From a virus (lineage: Duplodnaviria > Caudoviricetes), in IMG/VR virus record IMGVR_UViG_3300042196_000315, positions 1 through 51,835 of that record: a stretch of 51,835 bases of DNA; one strand, given 5' to 3'. Position 1 is the first letter of the stretch. Every line of letters begins with the position of its first letter. A program made the position numbers and the translations under genes. Under the pieces are notes generated by a model. The model did no database searches, had not been told where the DNA came from, and worked only from the letters and a program-made list of their open reading frames with translations. Shown here one piece after another: positions 27,334 through 35,696 of the stretch.

Positions 27334-28081
27334 CACTCCTTCCTATGCCCCCGTCCCCCAACTGAGAAGACGGCCGGTGGAAACGGCCGAAAATTTCGAC
27401 GATTACCAGCAGGAGCTTGCCGATTACCAACAGGCCATTGCTGATACTCTGGCCTGGGAGCGGCTTGGAGCCGATATTGGGGCCGAGCTAGACCGCCTGG
27501 CCGAACTGGGGAAGAGAGAGTACCAAAAGCGGCGAGATACAGTGGCGGCCATCGCCTGGGCCGCCGTCACACCGGGCATGTCGGTGGAGGATGCCCTCAG
27601 AGAGCCGGGAACGGTGTCCAGGGGCATTTATTACAATCCCCAAAAGGATTGGGCACACAACCCACTCTTTGCCGACGTGCTGGAGCGAGTAACGGCAATG
27701 GTGCGTGTCTATGTGGAGAATCGGAACGGCCGTCTGAGAGCCTACCGTAAGCATCAGCTCGACGAGCAGCTCTACGGCCTCTCCCTGGCTATCCTGGAGG
27801 ATGTGCGCGTGATGGCCGCCTGGCCGCTGGAAATGGAACGTCGCGAGCAGATGAGGCGGGAAGAACGCGACGGCGAGCCGGTCATTGTCCATGAGACGGT
27901 CATTTACGAGCCGGCCGGCTGGAACAAAAGCACGGCCGCGCTCAACCTACAGCGGGCGTCCAAGGTGGCTTATATGTCCCTGGGGGTTGACCCCGGTAAT
28001 GACGAGGAAGAGGAGGAGGAGGGGAAGAAGACGGCCCAGCCGGTAGTTATAGTCCGGGCGGAGGAATGGAATGCGCTATGA
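27326..28081 (+). CDS. Probable terminase small subunit
   Basis: Immediately precedes and overlaps terL; helical with C-terminal PVVIVRAEEW tail. Confidence 0.6.
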   Translation: MTNTPSYAPVPQLRRRPVETAENFDDYQQELADYQQAIADTLAWERLGADIGAELDRLAELGKREYQKRRDTVAAIAWAAVTPGMSVEDALREPGTVSRGIYYNPQKDWAHNPLFADVLERVTAMVRVYVENRNGRLRAYRKHQLDEQLYGLSLAILEDVRVMAAWPLEMERREQMRREERDGEPVIVHETVIYEPAGWNKSTAALNLQRASKVAYMSLGVDPGNDEEEEEEGKKTAQPVVIVRAEEWNAL

Positions 28082-29409
28082 TGGTGGCCCACGTGGAGCG
28101 GCCAGACTTCCCCTTGCAAGGAGCGCACGCCACCTTTTGGTACGCCAGAGACCCTGAAATCATCCTCTCAGGGCCGTTCGAGACTGGAAAAACCATAACA
28201 GCCCTACGCAAGCTAAACGCCCTCCTGGTCAAATATCCGGGGTCTCACGCCCTGATGGCCCGCAAGACCAACGTGTCTCTCATGGCCTCGACGGTCAAGA
28301 CCTGGGAAGAGAAGATCCACCGCAACCAGGTTGATCAGACGGGTTACGGGGTGCGCAAATACGGCGGGGAGCGGCCGGAGTTCTACCAATACGAAAACGG
28401 CAGCCGCGTGGTGTTGGGCGGGCTAGATCGTCCCGAAAAGTTTCTGTCATCCGAATTTGATTTCGTCTACGTCAACCAGGCCGAGGAGCTGGCCCGAAAA
28501 GAGTGGGAGCTTCTAACGGGCCGGGCAACGGGCCGGGCCGGACATGCCCCCTACTCCCAGGTAATGGGCGACGTCAATCCGGGGCCGCCGGGCCACTGGA
28601 TTCTGAATCGCGCGGGCCTGCGCCTTATTGAAACGCGCCACGAGGACAACCCGGCGCTTTATGACGCGGGGCGGGGCGAGTGGACAGAGCAGGGTAAGCG
28701 CACCATCGGGGTGCTGGACAAACTCACTGGCGTGCTCTACCAGCGCGGCCGCAAGGGCTTGTGGACATCGGCCGAGGGCACGGTCTATGATGTATGGCTG
28801 GACCTCTACGAGGCGGCCGGTACTGCCGCGGCCGAGCGGGATCCGGGCAATGTGACGGAAGCGGCCGAGTATGATCCCGACGGCGGCCCGGTCTATTGGG
28901 CGGTGGATGATGGCTACAGCGCGGGCACGGCCGTTGCCACTCGCGGCATTGACCCTGATACCGGCACCTATGTAGAATCGGCTCACCCTCGCGTCTTCCT
29001 GCTGTGCCAACTGCGGGGGGATGGGATCTTGAATGTGTTCTATGAATCCTACGCCTGTCTGAAGCTCTCCGATGCCCACCTGGAGGAGGTGCTGAAGCTG
29101 CCCTACCCTCGCCCGCGCTTTGCCGGGGTGGATAAGGCGGCGGCCGAACTGCGCGGCCGTATCCAGACGCGGGGCATTGCGGCGCTGAAGGGGGGCAGCA
29201 GCATTGCTGAGCATATTAAGGAGCTGCGGGGCTGGGTAGGGCCGGATGAGAACCTGGTGCGCAAGGTGAAGGTACACCCGCGCTGTAAGCATTTCCGGGC
29301 GGAGATAGTCAGCTACCGTTACGGGGATGATGGCAAGCCGGTAGATGCTTTCAATCACGGCCCAAAGGCATTAGAATACCTGGTGTGGAGATTGAGGCAT
29401 AGGCGATAA
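28078..29409 (+). CDS. terL: Terminase large subunit
   Basis: Walker A GPFETGKT, Walker B-like FVYVNQAEE, GDVNP motif C, nuclease AVDDGY, DAFNHGPKALEY. Confidence 0.92.
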   Translation: MMVAHVERPDFPLQGAHATFWYARDPEIILSGPFETGKTITALRKLNALLVKYPGSHALMARKTNVSLMASTVKTWEEKIHRNQVDQTGYGVRKYGGERPEFYQYENGSRVVLGGLDRPEKFLSSEFDFVYVNQAEELARKEWELLTGRATGRAGHAPYSQVMGDVNPGPPGHWILNRAGLRLIETRHEDNPALYDAGRGEWTEQGKRTIGVLDKLTGVLYQRGRKGLWTSAEGTVYDVWLDLYEAAGTAAAERDPGNVTEAAEYDPDGGPVYWAVDDGYSAGTAVATRGIDPDTGTYVESAHPRVFLLCQLRGDGILNVFYESYACLKLSDAHLEEVLKLPYPRPRFAGVDKAAAELRGRIQTRGIAALKGGSSIAEHIKELRGWVGPDENLVRKVKVHPRCKHFRAEIVSYRYGDDGKPVDAFNHGPKALEYLVWRLRHRR

Positions 29410-29427
29410 ATTTAGAGAGGTGCAAAG

Positions 29428-29670
29428 ATGAACGATAAATTCCTGATTATTGCTTTTGGTAACGCCGCCCGCGGCGGCCGGATCGAGTTCCGCATACCGG
29501 TAGAGCACCAACCCAGGCTGGCCGAAGTGCTAAGTGATACGTTGCACGCCCTCCTGGAAAGGCATGAAATAAAATTCGAGCGTGTCCAAACAGAGGGGGA
29601 TCCGAAGTATGCCCATTTTATCTATATAGAATGGCCAGGCCCGCCGTTCCCCCTGGGAGGCGATAAATGA
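29428..29670 (+). CDS. Hypothetical protein
   Basis: GAGG RBS. Confidence 0.6.
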   Translation: MNDKFLIIAFGNAARGGRIEFRIPVEHQPRLAEVLSDTLHALLERHEIKFERVQTEGDPKYAHFIYIEWPGPPFPLGGDK

Positions 29671-29688
29671 TGTCTGTGAGGTTTATAA

Positions 29689-30126
29689 ATGGAAAAAAGA
29701 GACCCGCTTTTTAGTTTCATGTACCCTAATGTCGAATTAGAACCGGGCCAGCCTTGTGATCATCCCGGCTGCGCTGCCCATGTATCCCATCCCTGCGAGG
29801 GTTGCGGCCGGTATGCCGCCGGCACGAGAAACGGGCCAGACTTAGGGGCGGCGTGGGAGAAGCTGCTGGAAAACAGGAGCCAGCCCTTATACAACCTGAT
29901 TACCCGCTCCCTGGAACGGGGATTGACGCGGGAGGAAACTCTCGTTGAGCTGGTAAGGTTGCTGCAAATAGCCAATAGTGATCTAGTGGAGATTGTCAAC
30001 AAGTGGGCCAGGAGGATAGGTGTTCCCAAAACGTGGGAGGACGGCACGCCGGCAGCGGAGATCCTTGACAAGCACGTGTTCCCGGAACTCGGCCTACGCG
30101 ACGACTGGGGCCGTTTCAGATCGTGA
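29689..30126 (+). CDS. Hypothetical protein with Cys/His motif
   Basis: PCDHPGCAAHVSHPCEGCGR. Confidence 0.65.
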   Translation: MEKRDPLFSFMYPNVELEPGQPCDHPGCAAHVSHPCEGCGRYAAGTRNGPDLGAAWEKLLENRSQPLYNLITRSLERGLTREETLVELVRLLQIANSDLVEIVNKWARRIGVPKTWEDGTPAAEILDKHVFPELGLRDDWGRFRS

Positions 30127-30159
30127 CAATTGGTCGCTGCACGCTTTTTGGAGGATAAT

Positions 30160-30393
30160 ATGATCATGAAGCAACTAACGAAAAAACTCATACGAAAAAT
30201 TCGTACTACCTGGTGGAGGCCCTGGCTATTCCCGGCCAATCCGTTCTACGATCCGGCACTGGTTCGACAAATCATAAACGAGGAGATCGGATACACCCCT
30301 TTGGAGAAGGAGCCGGAATCCTGGATTGCGGCCGTTGGTTGCGTACATGACGAGTCGTTTATTGATTGCCGCCCCGAGCGGCCAGTTGATTAA
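30160..30393 (+). CDS. Hypothetical protein
   Basis: GGAGG RBS. Confidence 0.5.
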   Translation: MIMKQLTKKLIRKIRTTWWRPWLFPANPFYDPALVRQIINEEIGYTPLEKEPESWIAAVGCVHDESFIDCRPERPVD

Positions 30394-30483
30394 CCCTTCC
30401 CTTATCTGCTACAATACCCCCCAAACCTACACAACTTTAGCCAAAAGCGGCTGTCCTACCAACGAGCAGGCCAGCCGCTTTTT
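30386..30483 (+). promoter_or_regulatory. Promoter + leader hairpin A (before portal block)
   Basis: TTGATT-18 bp-TACAAT with extended -10; AGCCAAAAGCGGCTG...ACCAACGAG...CAGCCGCTTTTT. Confidence 0.65.
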
Positions 30484-30487
30484 GATT

Positions 30488-30811
30488 ATGTCCAGCATCA
30501 AGCGAACTTTGAGACGGCGTAAAGCACGCCAAAATCTTAAGCGGGCCCACGAGCACGTGGGGAAACAGCGGCCGCTTACCCCCCGTGACATCCAGCTAAT
30601 GGTCAGCCGCAATCGCCTGACGGCCGGCCGCCTGAAGTCAATGACCATCCCGGAGCTAAACATGACGGCCAATGTCCTGAAGGCCATCTACGATGCCAGC
30701 CAAAAAGTAGACGAGCGGGAAGCCATCAAAACAACAGTGGGCTATATCTTCCAGGTAGCGCGGGATAAGGCCGGCGCAGCGGGCGCAAGCGAGGCAGCCA
30801 GTGGCGACTAG
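30488..30811 (+). CDS. Small basic protein
   Basis: MSSIKRTLRRRKARQ...; overlaps portal start. Confidence 0.55.
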   Translation: MSSIKRTLRRRKARQNLKRAHEHVGKQRPLTPRDIQLMVSRNRLTAGRLKSMTIPELNMTANVLKAIYDASQKVDEREAIKTTVGYIFQVARDKAGAAGASEAASGD

Positions 30812-32288
30812 CAACGGCCGTGCGCCGGCCGAAAGGCAGCTTAAGCGGTCCGTCAAACGTGGGGATGACCCGCGCTCGATTCATATCTACCTCAACTCCC
30901 CCTATCGCTATACAGCCCTGCCGCCCCAGTTGCCCATAGATTGGGGCGAGAAGATTTGGTACAACGGCCGCTACTCCGCCCGCCAGCAGCTTCTCCTTTC
31001 TACTCCCTACCATAGCGCCATGTGGGCCACCGGCCTCTCTATCGCCATTAAGAAAAAGGCATCGCTGGCCTGGTCGGTAGAGGGTGATGTGAAGCTGCGC
31101 TACAAACGCGCCCAGCAGTGGCTACTGGGTGCCGGGGCCGGAGCCGGGATATTTGGCTGGGTGCCGTTCCTGACGGCCGGCCTGGGCAGCTACTACCTGA
31201 CGGGCTTCCAATTCATTGAAATTGAACGCGCCGCCAAAGGCCCCTCCTCGCGGGTCATCAACGTCCACCACCTGGACCCGGATAAGTGCCAGCTCACCGG
31301 CAACCCCAATGCGCCGGTGGATTACACCAGCGATGACGGCCAGATACGGCCGCTCCGCTGGCATGATGTCATTATCATTTCCGACCAACTGGCCCCCGAC
31401 GCTCGCGGCCGGGTGATGCCAGCGGCCGAGCGGAGCTACCAGCGCATCATCACCGACGAGGCGCTGGAGAAGTATGTCTACGAGGAGCTGACCGGCCGCA
31501 ACCCCAAGGCCGTCCACTTCATCGGCGGCGGCGTGTCCAGTGTGCAAATTGAGGATGTGTTGGAGGGCGGCCAGGCCAAGGCTGACCAATTGGGCTACCA
31601 GGTGTACATGGGTCACCTGTTTGTAGAGGTGATGGGCGATACGCCCCTCCAGGTTCACACCGTCCCCTTCGTGGGCCTGCCTGACAAGACCGATGTAGAA
31701 CGCGAGCGGGAACGGTCAGATCTCATTTACGCCCATAACCTGGACATTGACCCCCAGGACATCAACCCGGGCCTCATCGGCCGGCAAGGATTGGGCAGCA
31801 CGGGGAATCAATCGGTGGTGCTGGCCAACAAAGCCAAAGGGTTTAAGAGTTGGGAGCAGCAGATCACCCACCAGCTCAACGAACTGGCTCTGGATGACAA
31901 GACCGCTTTCGCCTTCTCCGAGCGGGATCTGGATGATGAGGAGAAGCGGGAACGCATCCGGCAAACGGCCGTCGAAACCGAGAAGGTAGAGATTGAGGCC
32001 GGCATTGTCTCCTCTGATGAGGCGCGCAATAACCTGGTAGACGCCGGCTACCTGCCCCAGGAGTATCTGAAGTTAGACATCACCGGGGGTGGCCATGTGA
32101 CTGACAGCGAGAAGGTGGCAGAGCCGGAGGAAGCGGAGGAGCAGAGGGGCGGAGGGGAAGGGGAGAGAGGAGAGAGGGGGGAGGGGGCCGAGGTTGCGGG
32201 CGAAGAAGAGATGGAGACGGCCGAAAAGGCGTATTGGGCGGCCGTGCAGGCATGGGAGGCTGCCCAACAAGAGTTGGGACGCCAATAG
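30801..32288 (+). CDS. Portal protein
   Basis: Size and position after terL; FIEIER...VHHLDPDKC; GIVSSDEARNNL C-terminal portal motif. Confidence 0.85.
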   Translation: MATSNGRAPAERQLKRSVKRGDDPRSIHIYLNSPYRYTALPPQLPIDWGEKIWYNGRYSARQQLLLSTPYHSAMWATGLSIAIKKKASLAWSVEGDVKLRYKRAQQWLLGAGAGAGIFGWVPFLTAGLGSYYLTGFQFIEIERAAKGPSSRVINVHHLDPDKCQLTGNPNAPVDYTSDDGQIRPLRWHDVIIISDQLAPDARGRVMPAAERSYQRIITDEALEKYVYEELTGRNPKAVHFIGGGVSSVQIEDVLEGGQAKADQLGYQVYMGHLFVEVMGDTPLQVHTVPFVGLPDKTDVERERERSDLIYAHNLDIDPQDINPGLIGRQGLGSTGNQSVVLANKAKGFKSWEQQITHQLNELALDDKTAFAFSERDLDDEEKRERIRQTAVETEKVEIEAGIVSSDEARNNLVDAGYLPQEYLKLDITGGGHVTDSEKVAEPEEAEEQRGGGEGERGERGEGAEVAGEEEMETAEKAYWAAVQAWEAAQQELGRQ

Positions 32289-32301
32289 GAGTTGGGACAA
32301 T

Positions 32302-32625
32302 ATGGCATTTAACGAAATAGTCAGCCTGAATGACGCTGTTGATTTCCTAAACAACCTCATCAAGATAGATGGTGAGGCGATTGGCCTTATTGTGGGCATG
32401 TACGCTGCATGTAATGAGCGGCTGGCAGATCACCCGACTGTACAAGTTGTCGAGTTGGCAGACGGCCGTTTCGAGGTCGGCTTCCTGGGCATCCTAAACG
32501 GGCTGTTCGGCATCGAGAGCGGCCGGGGGCCTATTACCCTGATTTTTGGTGAGGGCGGCAGGCCGATAAGAGCTGTGCGCACCGATATGCGCCACCTGTA
32601 CGGTATTGTGGAGGCCGCCCAATAA
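32302..32625 (+). CDS. Conserved phage hypothetical protein
   Basis: CNERLADHPTVQV...VGFLGILNGLFG; AGGAG RBS supplied by a repeat element. Confidence 0.7.
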   Translation: MAFNEIVSLNDAVDFLNNLIKIDGEAIGLIVGMYAACNERLADHPTVQVVELADGRFEVGFLGILNGLFGIESGRGPITLIFGEGGRPIRAVRTDMRHLYGIVEAAQ

Positions 32626-32627
32626 AT

Positions 32628-33107
32628 ATGCCGGCAATGTTACAAGTGATTAGACCCCCTGAGAACCTTCTTAATCGGGCGATTGTCGAGAAGATTGTCC
32701 TCGATGCCCTGGACGGCGCGGCCGCCGGCATGGTGGATGATTACGCCACTACGGTCGCCACCTTTGACCAGAAGCCCCACTTTAGCCTCTACCAAAACGG
32801 CCGTTTTGACGTGGCCGTCGGCACGGATGATGAGAACTACCAACGCATCGTCGAGGGCGTGGGGCCGCATGAGATAGAGGCAAAGGGCGGCGGGATGCTG
32901 GCCTTTGATGCCAGCTATGTGCGCAAATCCATTGTGGGGCGGATTGCCAGCCGGCCGGGTGGCTCCAGCGGGGAGAAGGTATTCAGAAAGCGGGTGCTGC
33001 ACCCCGGCTTCGAAGGCACCCATGTGGATGTCCTTATTACCGAGAAGGGCGGCAAGAAGTATTTGGAGCTTTTGAACAAAGGGATCAACAAGCTGTTACC
33101 GAGGTGA
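32628..33107 (+). CDS. Putative neck/tail-completion protein (HK97 gp10-like)
   Basis: IVEGVGPHEIEAKGGGMLAF...VFRKRVLHPG. Confidence 0.6.
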   Translation: MPAMLQVIRPPENLLNRAIVEKIVLDALDGAAAGMVDDYATTVATFDQKPHFSLYQNGRFDVAVGTDDENYQRIVEGVGPHEIEAKGGGMLAFDASYVRKSIVGRIASRPGGSSGEKVFRKRVLHPGFEGTHVDVLITEKGGKKYLELLNKGINKLLPR

Positions 33108-33424
33108 CTATGAACACAGTAAGCGGAGCGAGATTTGCAGGCACGGGCGATGTGGCGGTGGCGCTGGAACTTCGGGGGGCGTGTGATCGCCTGGCGGTCT
33201 ACTTTGCCTCCAATGCGGCCGTCACAGCTAACGTGATGGCAGTTGACCGGGTGAACCAGGCCGGCGAGCGATACCGGCTCTTCAGCCACGACTTTGCCAC
33301 CGCCAACCAGCAGTATGTTTCATTTAATGGTTTTGCGGTGCTGCTAAAGGGAGACACAGTAGAGGTGGCCCTGACGGCCGGCGGTACGTGGACGCTGGAA
33401 ATTGTCGGCGGCAACGAGCAGTAA
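33104..33424 (+). CDS. Hypothetical beta-rich protein
   Basis: GTGA overlap; all-beta pattern. Confidence 0.6.
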   Translation: MTMNTVSGARFAGTGDVAVALELRGACDRLAVYFASNAAVTANVMAVDRVNQAGERYRLFSHDFATANQQYVSFNGFAVLLKGDTVEVALTAGGTWTLEIVGGNEQ

Positions 33425-33454
33425 TTTGCCGGCCGGATATGTTATACTACATCT

Positions 33455-33664
33455 ATGCTGAAACCTCACGACAAGGCAGAAATCGTTAAAGCAGTTGAGC
33501 AGGGCATGAACGGCCGTTGCGTGAAGGCAGTCACCCTCACTCTCGTTTTTGACCAGGATGATAACCTTATCGCCAAGACGGATGTGAGTGTGCAAAAATT
33601 CTTCCCGGCCGAGGGCATCCTCCGCTTTTTTGGCTACCTGGAGGGGCGCAGATTGACACCCTGA
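33455..33664 (+). CDS. Small protein, probably leaderless
   Basis: TGTTATACT extended -10 six nt before ATG. Confidence 0.55.
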   Translation: MLKPHDKAEIVKAVEQGMNGRCVKAVTLTLVFDQDDNLIAKTDVSVQKFFPAEGILRFFGYLEGRRLTP

Positions 33665-33781
33665 CCCAAAACGGCTAATATATTCACACGCCACTCCTAT
33701 GGCGTCCCAACTCTTGTTGGGCAATCTATATACCGGCAGCCAAAAGCGGCTGATCACCAATGAGTGATCAGCCGCTTTTTT
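33653..33781 (+). promoter_or_regulatory. Promoter + leader hairpin B (before head/tail operon)
   Basis: TTGACA-17 bp-TAATAT; AGCCAAAAGCGGCTGATC-ACCAATGAG-TGATCAGCCGCTTTTTT. Confidence 0.7.
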
Positions 33782-33798
33782 GTTTCCTGGTTCAAGTT

Positions 33799-35685
33799 AT
33801 GCTCATTACCCTTAAACGCAAAATCCCCACTGACACCCTCAAGCGTCTGGATGCTGGTGATTTTGTGGTGCCTGAAACCCGCTCCTTTCCCATCGTCAAG
33901 GCGGCCGATGTCAAGGCGGCCGTTTCTGCCTGGGGCCGGGGCACGGCGGCAAGAGCGGCCGGAGTGACGTTTGAGAAGTTCAAGGCCCGGCTGATTAGAT
34001 TGGCCAGGCGCAAGGGGCCGGCCTTCGTCGCGGCCCTGCCGGCAGAATGGGGGGCACAGAAGAAGGAACGGGCCCAAAAGGATCACAGCTACGCCAGCAC
34101 CCAATTTAATATGCCCGTTGGGGTGATGGCCAAAGCCCTGACCTTTGCTGTCGGCATTGATGAGGCTGACCTGGCGGCCGGTGGCGTAGAGACCCAGTGC
34201 CACGTCACCATCAAGTACGGTCTGCGGGATGATGCCCTGCCCCAGATTGTGGACATTGCCCAGGACTATGCCCCCATCCGCCTTAAATTTGGGGCTGTGA
34301 CCCTGTTTGAGCGGGAAGAGTTTGATGTGGTCAAGGTGGATGTAGAGAGCGAGGAACTCCGCCGCCTGCACAGCCAGCTTGCCGCCCTACTGCCCAACAA
34401 TGAAGATTGGCCCCAGTATGACCCCCACCTGACCATTGCTTATGTGAAGCCCGGCCTGGGCCAGAAGTACGCCGGCGATGGCCGCGGCGATGGGCCGCTC
34501 ATGGGCGAGAGTGCTGTCGTGGACACCATTTGTTTTACCACCAGCGACGACCGTAAAGTAGACATAAGCCTACGGGAGATGGCCGTCTCTCCTGCGTACA
34601 AAGAAAATAGTTTGCGCGCAAACACCCACTTCGCCACCTACAAGGACAAAGACGGCCGTTGGCGCTGGCTGATGATCTCCTCCAACAGCTACCAGGATAG
34701 GGACGGCCATTGGGTGACCCAGAAGGCCCAGGAAGCCGACGTGAACCGCATGAATGAGAGCGGCGACTTCGGCACGCTGGACTGGTGGCACACGAAGCTG
34801 AAGATCCCCGCCTACGCGGGGAAGGACGGCCGTATCGCGGCCCTGGAGCTTGGCGACTGCGACCATGCCGTCATGCTCGGCCGCTTCCGCCTGGAGAGCG
34901 GCACCTACCGGGACGAGGCCACCGGCGCGGCCTTTGCCGCCACCGACAAAACGCTCAAGGGCAGCCTGGAATATTTTCACCCCAAGAGCGAACCGGTGGG
35001 GGGTGAGTTTCACCATATTTACACCATCAGGCGCAGTGTATTACCGTCCGGGCGACCGGCTAATTTATTAACTGGCTTTGCAACAAGCCAAAAGGAGCTA
35101 GAGATGAATACGTTTGACAGACTCAAGGCAATGGCGGGAACGGCCGGTGTAGATGCCACCTTAAAGGCCATCGCCGAGGCGCTGGAACTGGAAGGCGCAG
35201 CCAAGGGGCTGGGCCTGACGGCCAAGGGCGATGTAAGCCTGCAAAAGGCCGACCTGGAGAGCCTGGAGGCCCAGATAGCGGCCGAGAAGGAACGCCGGGC
35301 CAAAACCCCGGCCGAGTCAGAAACGACCGCAGAGGTAGACGGGGCCGAGCTGGCCAGCATGATCGGCACGGCCGTCAAAGAGGCTGTGGACGGCCTGGGC
35401 GACCGGCTGGAAGCTGTGCTGACCAAGCGCACCAAAGAGCAGGTGGAAACTGATCGCCAGGCGGCCGCCCTTGAGACCAAAATCAAGGAACTCCAGGCCC
35501 AATATGAGGACCTGGTCAATCCGTCCAGGGCCATCAACCGCGCCAAGGAGCAGCCAGGCGGCTACCGGCCGACCCAGCAAAACCCGGCAACCACCCAAAA
35601 GGGCGCGGCCGAGACCAATGGCAGCGGCGACTTCTCGGCCATCCAGGAAACGGTCGGCTTCCTGTCGGGCAAGGCCGATACATAG
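33799..35685 (+). CDS. Head-maturation polyprotein: N-domain + 2H phosphoesterase (Acb1-like) + prohead protease + scaffold
   Basis: HVTIKYG and PHLTIAYV HxT motifs; FATYKDKDGRWRW...YQDRDG...WWH protease-like domain; C-terminal coiled coil; precedes capsid gene. Confidence 0.78.
   Translation: MLITLKRKIPTDTLKRLDAGDFVVPETRSFPIVKAADVKAAVSAWGRGTAARAAGVTFEKFKARLIRLARRKGPAFVAALPAEWGAQKKERAQKDHSYASTQFNMPVGVMAKALTFAVGIDEADLAAGGVETQCHVTIKYGLRDDALPQIVDIAQDYAPIRLKFGAVTLFEREEFDVVKVDVESEELRRLHSQLAALLPNNEDWPQYDPHLTIAYVKPGLGQKYAGDGRGDGPLMGESAVVDTICFTTSDDRKVDISLREMAVSPAYKENSLRANTHFATYKDKDGRWRWLMISSNSYQDRDGHWVTQKAQEADVNRMNESGDFGTLDWWHTKLKIPAYAGKDGRIAALELGDCDHAVMLGRFRLESGTYRDEATGAAFAATDKTLKGSLEYFHPKSEPVGGEFHHIYTIRRSVLPSGRPANLLTGFATSQKELEMNTFDRLKAMAGTAGVDATLKAIAEALELEGAAKGLGLTAKGDVSLQKADLESLEAQIAAEKERRAKTPAESETTAEVDGAELASMIGTAVKEAVDGLGDRLEAVLTKRTKEQVETDRQAAALETKIKELQAQYEDLVNPSRAINRAKEQPGGYRPTQQNPATTQKGAAETNGSGDFSAIQETVGFLSGKADT
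34609..34624. promoter_or_regulatory. parS-like palindrome 3 (AGTTTGCGCGCAAACA)
   Basis: 15/16 match; lies in an inter-domain linker. Confidence 0.55.
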
Positions 35686-35696
35686 GAGAGAGAACC

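Noticed and set aside
33760-33798. ATG 33760 as start of the protease polyprotein
   Set aside because: It lies inside the leader hairpin; ATG 33799 is more plausible
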